Shown piece after piece: positions 29,075-38,779 of a DNA stretch of 64,000 bases. Each line of letters begins with the position of its first letter. The stretch's first letter is position 1. A program made the position numbers and the translations under genes. The notes below the pieces were generated by a model. That model had not been told where the DNA came from. It worked only from the letters and a program-made list of their open reading frames with translations, and made no database searches. The DNA comes from Winogradskyella sp. (GTDB taxonomy: Bacteria > Bacteroidota > Bacteroidia > Flavobacteriales > Flavobacteriaceae), in the NCBI RefSeq assembly GCF_025210595.1, contig NZ_JAOARH010000048.1, forward strand, positions 612 to 64,611, read 5' to 3'.

Positions 29075-29692
29075 ATGAAAAAAATTGACACAGTAATCTT
29101 CGATCTTGGAGGAGTCCTTATAGACTGGAATCCAGAATATCTCTACTTAGATGTTTTTAATGGCGATAGAGAAAAAATGCAATGGTTTTTCGATAATATT
29201 TGTACCACTGATTGGAATGAAAATCAGGATGCAGGCTACCCTTTACAAAAAGCAACAGAAGAACGCATAGCATTATTTCCTGAACAAGAAGAGTTAATAC
29301 GCATGTATTATGGTCGTTGGGAAAAAATGCTTGGAGGCGCTATTGATGGTACAGTTTCCATTCTTAAAAATCTCATTGAACATCCGAATTACAAAGTAGT
29401 CGCACTTACCAATTGGAGTCACGAAACGTTTCCTATTGCTTTAGAGCGTTTCAATTTTTTACATTGGCTTGAAGGCATTGTGGTTTCAGGTGAAGAAAAG
29501 ACCAGAAAGCCTTTTAAAGATATTTATGAAATTACCTTAAACCGCTTTAACATTACACCTGAAAATGCTGTTTTTATAGATGACAATCTTAGAAACATTA
29601 AAGCTGCTGAAGCCTTAGATATAAATGGCATACATTTTGAATCTTCTGAGAAGTTAATCGATCAGTTAAAAACATTAGAAATTAGTCTTTAA
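29075..29692 (+). CDS. HAD superfamily hydrolase (subfamily IA-like)
   Basis: FDLGGVLIDW (motif I DxG variant), LTNWS (motif II) and FIDDNLRN (motif IV). The ATG abuts the prfB stop. Confidence 0.7.
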   Translation: MKKIDTVIFDLGGVLIDWNPEYLYLDVFNGDREKMQWFFDNICTTDWNENQDAGYPLQKATEERIALFPEQEELIRMYYGRWEKMLGGAIDGTVSILKNLIEHPNYKVVALTNWSHETFPIALERFNFLHWLEGIVVSGEEKTRKPFKDIYEITLNRFNITPENAVFIDDNLRNIKAAEALDINGIHFESSEKLIDQLKTLEISL

Positions 29693-29696
29693 AACT

Positions 29697-30038
29697 ATGA
29701 TAACAATATACCATAACCCAAGATGCTCAAAATCTAGAGAAGGGTTAGAATTATTAGAAAAATCTGGAAAAACATTTGAGGTTGTAAAATATCTCGAAGA
29801 TAACCTTACAAAAGAAGACTTAGAAACCATTATAATCAAATTAGGCATACAACCAATTGATCTGGTTCGTAAAAACGAAGCCATCTGGAAATCGGATTAT
29901 AAAGGTAAAAACCTATCCGACAAACAAGTCATAGATGCTATGATTACAAACCCTAAACTGATTGAACGACCAATTGTCGTTAATGGCAGCAAAGCTGTAA
30001 TAGGCAGACCAAAAGAGTCAATATCAAAAATTATATAA
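29697..30038 (+). CDS. ArsC/Spx family reductase-like protein
   Basis: MITIYHNPRCSKSREGLELL...LIERPIV; 113 aa. Confidence 0.75.
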   Translation: MITIYHNPRCSKSREGLELLEKSGKTFEVVKYLEDNLTKEDLETIIIKLGIQPIDLVRKNEAIWKSDYKGKNLSDKQVIDAMITNPKLIERPIVVNGSKAVIGRPKESISKII

Positions 30039-30079
30039 GTATTAATAAATATCTTTAACATATTATAAAACTCATTAAG

Positions 30080-30541
30080 ATGAAACGATTAATTCTAATA
30101 GCCTTTGCTCTATTTCTAGGATTTAGTACTAGTGCGCAAATACAACGAAATCGTAATAGAATTCCTCAGGCTAATAATGAACCTTCACAGGCTGATATTG
30201 AAAAAAGAAAACGTGAAATAGAGGTTCAAAAAGCAAAATATATCCAAAACTTCTTATCAACTTTAGAAGCAGACGATTTTCAGAAAGAAATCATAAAACA
30301 ATACCTCAACTCATATTTCGATGAAAGAAAAAAACTCTTAAAAGTAAAATACGAAAGAAGTTTTGAAAGACAAGATGCCATTAAAAAACTTAACGAAACC
30401 CATTTTAAAGAACTCGAAGAATTGATTTCTAAAAATGATATGTCTAAAATAAAAGAGATGGTAAATGGTAATTTTGACGAAAAAGAAGTAAAAAAGGAAA
30501 AGAAGAAGAAGAAGAAGAGAAAACGCAAAAACAAAAATTGA
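30080..30541 (+). CDS. secreted hypothetical protein with poly-Lys/Arg C-terminal tail
   Basis: Signal peptide, helical Lys/Glu-rich body, and the tail KKEKKKKKKRKRKNKN encoded by an (AAG)n tract. Confidence 0.6.
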   Translation: MKRLILIAFALFLGFSTSAQIQRNRNRIPQANNEPSQADIEKRKREIEVQKAKYIQNFLSTLEADDFQKEIIKQYLNSYFDERKKLLKVKYERSFERQDAIKKLNETHFKELEELISKNDMSKIKEMVNGNFDEKEVKKEKKKKKKRKRKNKN

Positions 30542-30660
30542 GATTAACCTTTCTCTGTAATTAATAATGGTGTATTTTTCTTTAACATAAGATTAACCTT
30601 ATGCAGCACAAGTAAAAGTATTTTTACGCATCTAAAAAGCGTAAAATCCAACTACTTGTA

Positions 30661-33105
30661 ATGAAACTAAACATTCTTTTTACACTAATTCTATTATTTA
30701 TATTTTCAATATCTTTTGCTCAAAAAGATATAAAAATTGAAGGTAAAGTTGTTGAAGAAGACACAAACATACCTCTTGAATATGCTACAATAACACTTAA
30801 AGCCGTGTCTAGTAACAAAGTAATAACAGGTGGTATTACAGATAGTAAAGGTAAATTTAGTATAGAAGTCCCTACAGGAGTTTACAACATTTTTGTAGAA
30901 TACATTTCATACAAAGCCAAAGAATACTTAAACAAATCCCTAACAAAATCTATTAACTTAGGAACTGTAAGTTTAGCTTTAGATGTGGCTTCATTAGAAG
31001 AAGTTACTGTTACCGCAGAACGCACTACAGTAGAAATAAAACTAGATAAAAAAATCTATAATGTAGGTAAAGACCTCACAGTTAGAGGAGGAACCGTTAG
31101 TGATGTACTAGATAACGTACCTTCTGTTTCTGTAGATGTAGAAGGTAACGTAGCTTTACGTGGCAATGACGATGTTAGGATTCTTATCAATGGCAAACCA
31201 TCTGGCTTAGTTGGTTTAAATTCTACTGATGCTCTACGTCAGTTACCTGCCGAATCTATTGAAAAAGTAGAAGTAATTACATCACCATCTGCACGTTATG
31301 ATGCTGAAGGCACAGCTGGAATTTTAAATATTATTTTAAGACGAAGTAAACTACAAGGGCTTAACGGAGCAGTTACAGTAAACGGAGGTTACCCATGGCA
31401 GGCTGGTGTTTCTGGAAACATTAACTACAGAACAGGTGATTTAAATTTTTTTAATACATCTGGGTACAGTTACAGAGAAGTTCCTGGAAATTCATTTACC
31501 AAAACCGAATTTTTTAATGATGATGACCCAAATACTTTTTCTACTGAAGATAGAGATTTTGATCGCATTCGTAAAGGACTAAATACTAATTTTGGTTTAG
31601 AATGGTATGTTAATGAAACTTCGTCTATTACTACTTCAATAGTGTATAGAAATAGCGACAATGAAAGTAACACTTCTAATAACACATTGTTAGTGGATGA
31701 AAATGGCACTACTTTAGAACATTTTCTAAGAAGAGATCCAGAACTAGAAGATGATAGAAATGTACAATATTCATTAAATTATGATAAACAGTTTAATGGA
31801 GATAGTCAGCATAAATTAACATTCGCATTTCAATATGAAGATAGCCAAGAAGTAGAAGAATCATTTATAGTCAATGAATCTTTTACAAACAACTCAGCTC
31901 CTATAGATGAACATGTAATAACAGACGAAAATCAAGAAGAAATTCTTCTTCAATTAGATTATGTAAAACCTGTTGGTGAAAATGGACAATTTGAATTAGG
32001 TTATCGTGGACAGTTTCAAAATCTTAATACCGATTTTTTAGTAGAACAATTTGATGACAACACCAATAGCTTTGTAAATAACACTGGTTTAACCAACAAC
32101 CTAGATTTCACACAACACATCAATGCGTTTTACTCTCAATATGGCAATAAAATAGGAGAAAAATTTTCCTACCTTTTAGGATTACGCTATGAAAGTACAA
32201 GAATCACTATAGATCAAGCCACTAGTGGTGATTTTAATAAAAAAGATTTCCAACAACTATTCCCAACAGTTAATTTAGCTTATGAAATTTCAGAAAAAGA
32301 GAACTTTACACTTGGGTATAATAGAAGAATTAGACGGCCACGCTCTAGGTTTTTAAATCCATTTCCATCAAGAAGTAGCCCTACAAATTTATTTCAAGGT
32401 AACCCTAACTTAAATCCAAGTATATCTGATGCTTTTGATATTGGTTATTTAAATAAATTAGGAAAGCTTACGCTTAATGGCTCTGTATATTATCAACATG
32501 CTAAAAACATCTTTAGCTTTGTGCGACGAACTACAGGAGAAACAGTAAATGTAGGTGGTTCTGAAATTCCTATAACAGCAAGAGGTCCAGTAAATTTAGC
32601 AACTAACGATCGTTATGGTGGTGAAATAACAGCAACTTATAGACCAAATAAAAAATTTAACCTTAACGCCAATATTAACCTATTTCACTCAGTAACTAAA
32701 GGTGTTTTTGAAGATCAAGATTTTGGTGCAGAAAACTTTAGTTGGTTTGCACGTTTAAACTCAAAATATACATTACCTGCCAATATAGAATGGCAAACAC
32801 GTATGTTTTATAGAGGACCAAGTGAAAACGCTCAAAATAAAAGAAAAGGTATTTTTTCTACAGATTTAGCTTTTAGCAAAGATTTATTTAAGGATAAAGC
32901 GTCACTGGCACTTAGAATAAGTGATGTTTTTAATATTAGAAAATTTCGTAGCGAATCATCTACTCCTACATTTAGAGACGATAATGAGTTTCAGTGGAGA
33001 GAACGTTCCTTCAATCTAAGCTTTACCTATCGCTTTAACCAGAAGAAACAACGTAATCGTAATGGTCGTGGTGGTAATGGAGGTGATTTTGATTTTGAAG
33101 GCTAA
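30661..33105 (+). CDS. TonB-dependent receptor-like outer-membrane beta-barrel with CarboxypepD_reg-like N-domain
   Basis: Signal peptide, IKIEGKVVEEDTNIPLEYATI (Cna-B/carboxypeptidase regulatory-like), a plug region (VSVDVEGNVALRG) and the C-terminal strand FNLSFTYRF. Confidence 0.8.
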   Translation: MKLNILFTLILLFIFSISFAQKDIKIEGKVVEEDTNIPLEYATITLKAVSSNKVITGGITDSKGKFSIEVPTGVYNIFVEYISYKAKEYLNKSLTKSINLGTVSLALDVASLEEVTVTAERTTVEIKLDKKIYNVGKDLTVRGGTVSDVLDNVPSVSVDVEGNVALRGNDDVRILINGKPSGLVGLNSTDALRQLPAESIEKVEVITSPSARYDAEGTAGILNIILRRSKLQGLNGAVTVNGGYPWQAGVSGNINYRTGDLNFFNTSGYSYREVPGNSFTKTEFFNDDDPNTFSTEDRDFDRIRKGLNTNFGLEWYVNETSSITTSIVYRNSDNESNTSNNTLLVDENGTTLEHFLRRDPELEDDRNVQYSLNYDKQFNGDSQHKLTFAFQYEDSQEVEESFIVNESFTNNSAPIDEHVITDENQEEILLQLDYVKPVGENGQFELGYRGQFQNLNTDFLVEQFDDNTNSFVNNTGLTNNLDFTQHINAFYSQYGNKIGEKFSYLLGLRYESTRITIDQATSGDFNKKDFQQLFPTVNLAYEISEKENFTLGYNRRIRRPRSRFLNPFPSRSSPTNLFQGNPNLNPSISDAFDIGYLNKLGKLTLNGSVYYQHAKNIFSFVRRTTGETVNVGGSEIPITARGPVNLATNDRYGGEITATYRPNKKFNLNANINLFHSVTKGVFEDQDFGAENFSWFARLNSKYTLPANIEWQTRMFYRGPSENAQNKRKGIFSTDLAFSKDLFKDKASLALRISDVFNIRKFRSESSTPTFRDDNEFQWRERSFNLSFTYRFNQKKQRNRNGRGGNGGDFDFEG

Positions 33106-33178
33106 CAACTATACCATTTTAGCAACAAATATGACACTTCTCATGTGTTAGGCTTTATTTTTTAGCTAAATTGCTGCT

Positions 33179-35068
33179 ATGAATACCATTGCAGAACGCA
33201 TATACGATTATTTAAAGGAATATCCACCATTTAATCTATTAACAAAAACACAGCTTTTAGCCATATCAAAAGCTGTAGATGTTATTTATCTAGAAAATAA
33301 TCAGTTGCTTTTTAAAATTGGTAAACCTGTAGAAAATCATTTTTATGTGGTAAGAAATGGTGCTATTGGCTTATTTAGAGATGATAATAATTTAGCCGAT
33401 AAATGTGATGAAGGTGATATTTTTGGTTTACGTGCCTTACTCCGTAAAGGTGATTATAAACTGAATGCCAAGGCTATTGAAGAAAGCATCGTATATAGCA
33501 TTTCATCAGAGCTTTTAGAAAATTACATCACCACCAATGCAGATGCCAGTCAGTTTCTTATGGCTAGTTTTGCTTCTAATACAAGAGTAAAAAGCCCTGC
33601 TACAAATACTTTTATTGAAGAATTTCAGCGTTCATCAGACTATACTTATTTACAAACAGCTGACTATTCTAAAAATCCTGTGACTTGTAACACAAAAACA
33701 AGTATTAAGGAAGCAGCTACTATAATGACCGATAAGCATGTTGGCTCTATTGTCATAATAGAAAACAATGAGCCTATTGGTATTATTACAGATAAGGATT
33801 TGCGTACCAAAATTGCTACAGGCCAGTATCAAATAGATGATTTAGTGTCTTCTATAATGTCCTCACCTGTTATTACATATCCTGAAGCCATTACTGTTGC
33901 CGAAGCACAAATTGCAATGTTAAAACATCGTATTACGCATTTATGCATCACCAAAGATGGTACAAACACTTCCGAACTCACAGGAATTTTATCTGAACAC
34001 GACATTATTGTTTTAAGAGAAAATAATGCATCTGCACTAATCAAAGAAATTAAACGCTGCCAAACTGCAATACAACTAAAAGACATTAGACAACGTGCCG
34101 AAAAACTACTATCTCGCTATTTAGAACAAGGTATTCCTATAGATTTTATATCACGATTAATATCTGCAATTAACGATGGTATTACACAACGTATCATTGA
34201 GTTTTCTATAGCTAAAATGAATACAATGCCTCCTGTAAAATTTGCATGGCTCGCTATTGGTAGCCAAGGAAGGCAAGAACAACTACTAATGACAGATCAA
34301 GACAATGCACTTGTTTTTGAAAACGTAGATGACACGCTTTATGATGAAACAAAATCGTATTTTTTAAAACTTTCAAACTTCATCAATAAAGATTTAGAAA
34401 CGGCTGGTTTTGAGCTTTGTCCTGCTAAAATGATGGGCAAAAACCCTAAATGGTGCAATTCGGTTTCTAAATGGTCTCAGCAATTTAACAGTTGGATAAC
34501 AGCTCCAGATCAAGATAATCTAATGTTGTGTACTATATTTTTTGATTATGAACACGTATATGGCGATAAAGATTTAATCAACCAGCTTTCTGAAGGCATC
34601 TTTAAAAGCATAGATTCTCGCGATATATTTCTAAGTTACTTAGGAAGAAATGCACTACAAAACCCTCCACCTTTAAGCTTTTTTAGACAATTTTTAGTAG
34701 AAGATGATGGCGAACATAAAGATCAGTTTGACATCAAAGCTAGAGCCATGATGCCTTTAGTTGATGCTGCTAGATTATTGATATTATCCTATAATATTAA
34801 AGCTGTTAATAATACCGTAGAGCGTTTTGAAAAACTAGTAGAATTAGAACCTCAAAACAAAGATACCTACATCCTCTGTATTGAAGCCTATAAAAATCTT
34901 CTACGCTTTAGAACAGAACAAGGTTTAACTCACAACGATTCTGGTCGTTTTATAGATTTAGAGTCTTTAAACAAAAGGAATCGCTTGCAGTTAAAAAGAA
35001 GTTTTAAAGCTGTAAAAGCAGTTCAAGAATTAATTAAAACACGCTTTAAACTCTCTCAATTAATTTAA
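33179..35068 (+). CDS. cNMP-binding / tandem CBS / DUF294 putative nucleotidyltransferase signalling protein
   Basis: N-terminal cyclic-nucleotide-binding-like fold (FGLRALL), a CBS pair (VGSIVIIENNEPIGIITDKDL; ITHLCITKDG...GILSEHDI) and a GS..RQEQLLMTDQDNALVF nucleotidyltransferase motif. Confidence 0.75.
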   Translation: MNTIAERIYDYLKEYPPFNLLTKTQLLAISKAVDVIYLENNQLLFKIGKPVENHFYVVRNGAIGLFRDDNNLADKCDEGDIFGLRALLRKGDYKLNAKAIEESIVYSISSELLENYITTNADASQFLMASFASNTRVKSPATNTFIEEFQRSSDYTYLQTADYSKNPVTCNTKTSIKEAATIMTDKHVGSIVIIENNEPIGIITDKDLRTKIATGQYQIDDLVSSIMSSPVITYPEAITVAEAQIAMLKHRITHLCITKDGTNTSELTGILSEHDIIVLRENNASALIKEIKRCQTAIQLKDIRQRAEKLLSRYLEQGIPIDFISRLISAINDGITQRIIEFSIAKMNTMPPVKFAWLAIGSQGRQEQLLMTDQDNALVFENVDDTLYDETKSYFLKLSNFINKDLETAGFELCPAKMMGKNPKWCNSVSKWSQQFNSWITAPDQDNLMLCTIFFDYEHVYGDKDLINQLSEGIFKSIDSRDIFLSYLGRNALQNPPPLSFFRQFLVEDDGEHKDQFDIKARAMMPLVDAARLLILSYNIKAVNNTVERFEKLVELEPQNKDTYILCIEAYKNLLRFRTEQGLTHNDSGRFIDLESLNKRNRLQLKRSFKAVKAVQELIKTRFKLSQLI

Positions 35069-35070
35069 TT

Positions 35071-35733
35071 ATGAATTGGTTTAAACACAAATCTTATCCT
35101 AAGTTTTGGGAAAACTATGTTTCTAGCTTTTCAAATTCACAAGAACAAAAAATTGAAGCTATTCGATTTGTGGTTTTTGATACTGAAACCACAGGTTTAA
35201 ATATTAAAAAGGATAAAATTTTATCTATAGGATGTATTGCTATTGAAGGTTTAAAAATAAAAGTATCTGATCAATTAGAAGTGTATTTAGAACAAGAACA
35301 TTTCAATATAGAAACAGTTAAAATACACGGTCTTTTAAGAGAAGGAAAGCTTACTAAAATCAAAGAATCTGAAGCTATACAACAGTTTCTTAACTATACT
35401 AACAATGCTGTTTTAGTAGCTCATCATGCAGCTTTTGATGTCGCTATGGTTAACAATGTACTTAAAAGGTTAAACTTACCTAAATTAAAAAATAGAGTTT
35501 TAGATACAGGACACATATTTCAAAAAACAAATATAGACGCAAGCAAAGCACATTTTAGTTTAGACGAATTAGCTAATCGTTTTAAAATACCACTTCACGA
35601 TAGACATACCGCTTCTGGTGATGCATATATAACAGCATTATTATTTATGAAGTTATTGTATAAACTAAACACAGGGTCAAAACTAACATTGAAAGATTTA
35701 GAACGACCGATTAAACGTGTTGGATTGTTATAG
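35071..35733 (+). CDS. DEDD 3'-5' exonuclease (DNA Pol III epsilon-like)
   Basis: FVVFDTETTGL (ExoI), LVAHHAAFDVAM (ExoII) and HTASGDAY (ExoIII). The gene starts 2 nt after the DUF294 gene stop. Confidence 0.8.
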   Translation: MNWFKHKSYPKFWENYVSSFSNSQEQKIEAIRFVVFDTETTGLNIKKDKILSIGCIAIEGLKIKVSDQLEVYLEQEHFNIETVKIHGLLREGKLTKIKESEAIQQFLNYTNNAVLVAHHAAFDVAMVNNVLKRLNLPKLKNRVLDTGHIFQKTNIDASKAHFSLDELANRFKIPLHDRHTASGDAYITALLFMKLLYKLNTGSKLTLKDLERPIKRVGLL

Positions 35734-35792
35734 TTTTTTTATCAATTAAATATTTTCGCTCAACATTTTTCATTATTGATTATTATCCTTTA

Positions 35793-35825
35793 TAATAAAA
35801 AACACACCCAGTTTTGGATGTGTTT
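35793..35825 (-). terminator. terminator hairpin, copy A of a 33-nt repeat
   Basis: TAATAAAAAACACACCCAGTTTTGGATGTGTTT. The minus-strand RNA forms a stem with one G-U pair followed by UUUUUU. It is 30/33 identical to 39775-39807. Confidence 0.7.
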
Positions 35826-35850
35826 AATAGCTTCTATTAATATTTATAAG

Positions 35851-38772
35851 TTAATTTATAATCACTTTTTCTGTTCTAACAGCTCCAGAAACCTCTAACT
35901 TAACAACATAAACACCAGATTGAAATTCTTCTACACTAATTGAATTAGAATTACTATTACTTTTTAATTCTTTTGTCAACACCAATCTACCTTGCACATC
36001 AAACAAACTTATTTTTGATGGTCCATTTAGCAAACCTTTTACATTTAAGTAGTTTGGATTTGCGCTTGTATAGATTTGCAATCCATTAAGAGTATTAGAT
36101 ACTGTTGATAAAGTAGAAGGCGAAAAATGAAGAAAAAATCTACCTGTACCAGTTAAATCCTCTTCTGGTATAAAAGCATAGTTAGCAGAAGTCAACAAAG
36201 TAAATGTATTGGTTACGTTATCTTCTAAATATATATTTACATCTTCAGACAAATCATTTTCATATATACTTACATTTACGTTATCTCCAGCTGTTGCATT
36301 TATTCCCAAAGGAACAATAGAAGTTTCCATATCTGAATATGATAAGCATTGTATAGCTAAGTCTACACCAACATTATCTGAAACTAAATGAGAATACAAT
36401 GAAAACTCTAAACCATTAGCATCTAAAGAGCCTGCATCATAACCTATATCTAAACCAGAAGAGCAATTATCGGAAAAATAAAAATCTGTATTATAGTTAT
36501 TTGATGAATCTTGAATTCTTAAACTAAGATGAGAAATTGAGTTACTATTTCGGCCTAATATAAAATCATCATTACCTGTAATAGTTCTCATCGTTGGTGT
36601 AAATGATAAATTATTTACACCTCCTGCACCATTTGAGTTCACAAAAAATCCTTGTCCTGGCGCAATGTTCTTTCCTACGTTTTGTACATTATTAATAATA
36701 GTCCAAATACCTACTCCATCTGTACCTGCATTATATCCATAAACTGCATTATAACTAGCATCTAAAACATCATTACCTAATGCCCCATTTTCATTAATAA
36801 AGGCTTGTGCATCTACATAACTTGTATAAGGATTCCCTACCAAATTCCAAGAGCTAGACGCTCCTGATGATATTGTAGTATTTATATTTCCTATACTAAC
36901 CTCACCTGTAAATATTACTGGGCTTCCATCTGCAGTTGCAGCACGATATCCTTTACCAGCCTCTAGAGAGGTTGTCTCATTAACAACAATATCATAATTT
37001 TCATAATTACCAGACACATTATTAAAAGGCGCAAAAGCTCTGAGGTTATTTAAAGCCGCTAAATTCTTATTCCAATCTGCAAAATCACTAAAAATTTCCA
37101 TAGAACCATTAGTTAAAGGAGATGCTACTAAGTCATTTCCTCCACTAGATGAAGATCCTACTTGGTTAACATATCTTTCATATCTTACTCTTCCTGAAAT
37201 AGTGCTTGTAGCAGTAGGATTTAAGCTTGAATACTTATCAGAATCAGATTCTAAAACAATACTATTAGCTGTTAAACTCACACCAGAATCTACAATCAAG
37301 TTACCTTCAGGATTAACAACAACTGTATTAAACGTTGTGTTAGATGATATTGTGGCATCACCTGATACTACAACTAAATCATGAAGATTTGTTGCTACAC
37401 CATTTGGATCATTTCCATCTTGCCAACCATTGTCATACACATAATCTGGGCCTTTATGTATGGTAAAATTATCTTCAATAACACCTGTATCTCTTAAATA
37501 TTTCATTGTGAGATTATTCCCATCTACTTCTAAAATACCAGAACCATAATTTCTTACAGAATAATACATCGCATTATGATCTAACTCACCACTTGCACGA
37601 CGAGATGCTGTTGCGTTTACTGAATAGACAGTGCCTATACCTGCATTATTTCCAATAGTAGATTTACTATATGCACCATCTCCGCTTGGTTTACCATCAC
37701 CATCTCCATTTGGACCTACAGTATTATTCCGTAAATCAAAAGCAGCAGACTCCTCATAATGGCCATTAATAAAATATGATCTTTCATATGACTCACTGTG
37801 TCCTGCTATAACTAAATCAATTCCATTTGTCTCTAGCATTGGTAAAATATTCTCTCGCATTTCGATCAACTCTATTTCAGCAGGATTACCATTCCTATCA
37901 AAACCCTCTGAAGGATGCCATCCTTTTGAATACGGTGGATGATGCCATACACCTATAACCCATTTCTGTGTTGTATTTTGAATATCATTCAAAGCCCAAT
38001 TGTACATAGCACCACCTACCGATCTATCTTCCCCAAAAGAATTTAAAACTATAAAATGAATATTGCCATAATCAAATGAATAATATGACTCTGTACCTGA
38101 AGCTAAACCTCCTGACTCTCCAGCAGTAGGAAAAGAGAAAATATTATAATATGCACCTTCAGGATTAGTAGACCCTATATATTGCCCATCAATATTACCT
38201 ATAGTAGACCATAAAATAGAATTCTTTAACTTTTGAGTAAAAAAATCAAATAAATGATTCTGATATTGAATATCTGTTCCGTGAGAGTCAGCATTATCTC
38301 CTGTTAATATAATTCCGTCTGTAACTGTATTAGCTACATAAGAATAATAAGCATCTCTTACAGCGCCTGTATTGATTGGATTAAAATATGTTTTTCCAAT
38401 ACCTCCCAAAATCCAAAAGGTATAAGGATCTGTTGAACCAATTGCAGGATGAGTTTTAAAATAAAGGTCTGTATTATTTGATAACAAGCTACCTCCAGTT
38501 CCTATTCTATAATAATAAACTGTCCCAGATGTTAAACCAGTTATTTCAGCTTCATGATCTGTTTCTAATGTTGCATCACTATAAGTTGAATAAGATGCAA
38601 AAGCAGCATCAGTACTATATTCTACAATAGATGTATCATTTATATCTGTACGCCATTTAATAGTTATACTTGTTTCCGCACCTTTTTGAAGGTATGGAAT
38701 CCTAGTAATTGTTTGCCCAAAAGAAGACAATGTTACCAGCAATAAAAGTAATAATGTGTAATTTCTTTTCAT
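35851..38772 (-). CDS. T9SS-secreted purple-acid-phosphatase-like metallophosphoesterase homolog with degenerate active-site motifs
   Basis: Signal peptide, a PAP N-terminal FN3-like domain, and calcineurin-like motifs present but altered (LGGIG, GDNAD, GNID, HHPPY, GHSESYER). The C-terminal type-A sorting domain reads ISLFDVQGRLV...GVYVVKL...EKVIIN. Confidence 0.75.
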   Translation of the reverse strand: MKRNYTLLLLLLVTLSSFGQTITRIPYLQKGAETSITIKWRTDINDTSIVEYSTDAAFASYSTYSDATLETDHEAEITGLTSGTVYYYRIGTGGSLLSNNTDLYFKTHPAIGSTDPYTFWILGGIGKTYFNPINTGAVRDAYYSYVANTVTDGIILTGDNADSHGTDIQYQNHLFDFFTQKLKNSILWSTIGNIDGQYIGSTNPEGAYYNIFSFPTAGESGGLASGTESYYSFDYGNIHFIVLNSFGEDRSVGGAMYNWALNDIQNTTQKWVIGVWHHPPYSKGWHPSEGFDRNGNPAEIELIEMRENILPMLETNGIDLVIAGHSESYERSYFINGHYEESAAFDLRNNTVGPNGDGDGKPSGDGAYSKSTIGNNAGIGTVYSVNATASRRASGELDHNAMYYSVRNYGSGILEVDGNNLTMKYLRDTGVIEDNFTIHKGPDYVYDNGWQDGNDPNGVATNLHDLVVVSGDATISSNTTFNTVVVNPEGNLIVDSGVSLTANSIVLESDSDKYSSLNPTATSTISGRVRYERYVNQVGSSSSGGNDLVASPLTNGSMEIFSDFADWNKNLAALNNLRAFAPFNNVSGNYENYDIVVNETTSLEAGKGYRAATADGSPVIFTGEVSIGNINTTISSGASSSWNLVGNPYTSYVDAQAFINENGALGNDVLDASYNAVYGYNAGTDGVGIWTIINNVQNVGKNIAPGQGFFVNSNGAGGVNNLSFTPTMRTITGNDDFILGRNSNSISHLSLRIQDSSNNYNTDFYFSDNCSSGLDIGYDAGSLDANGLEFSLYSHLVSDNVGVDLAIQCLSYSDMETSIVPLGINATAGDNVNVSIYENDLSEDVNIYLEDNVTNTFTLLTSANYAFIPEEDLTGTGRFFLHFSPSTLSTVSNTLNGLQIYTSANPNYLNVKGLLNGPSKISLFDVQGRLVLTKELKSNSNSNSISVEEFQSGVYVVKLEVSGAVRTEKVIIN

Positions 38773-38779
38773 CAGTTTT

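Noticed and set aside
30505-30525. (AAG)n tract as a phase-variation simple-sequence repeat
   Set aside because: The repeat unit is a trinucleotide, so length changes stay in frame and cannot switch the gene off. It is better explained as part of the poly-Lys tail.
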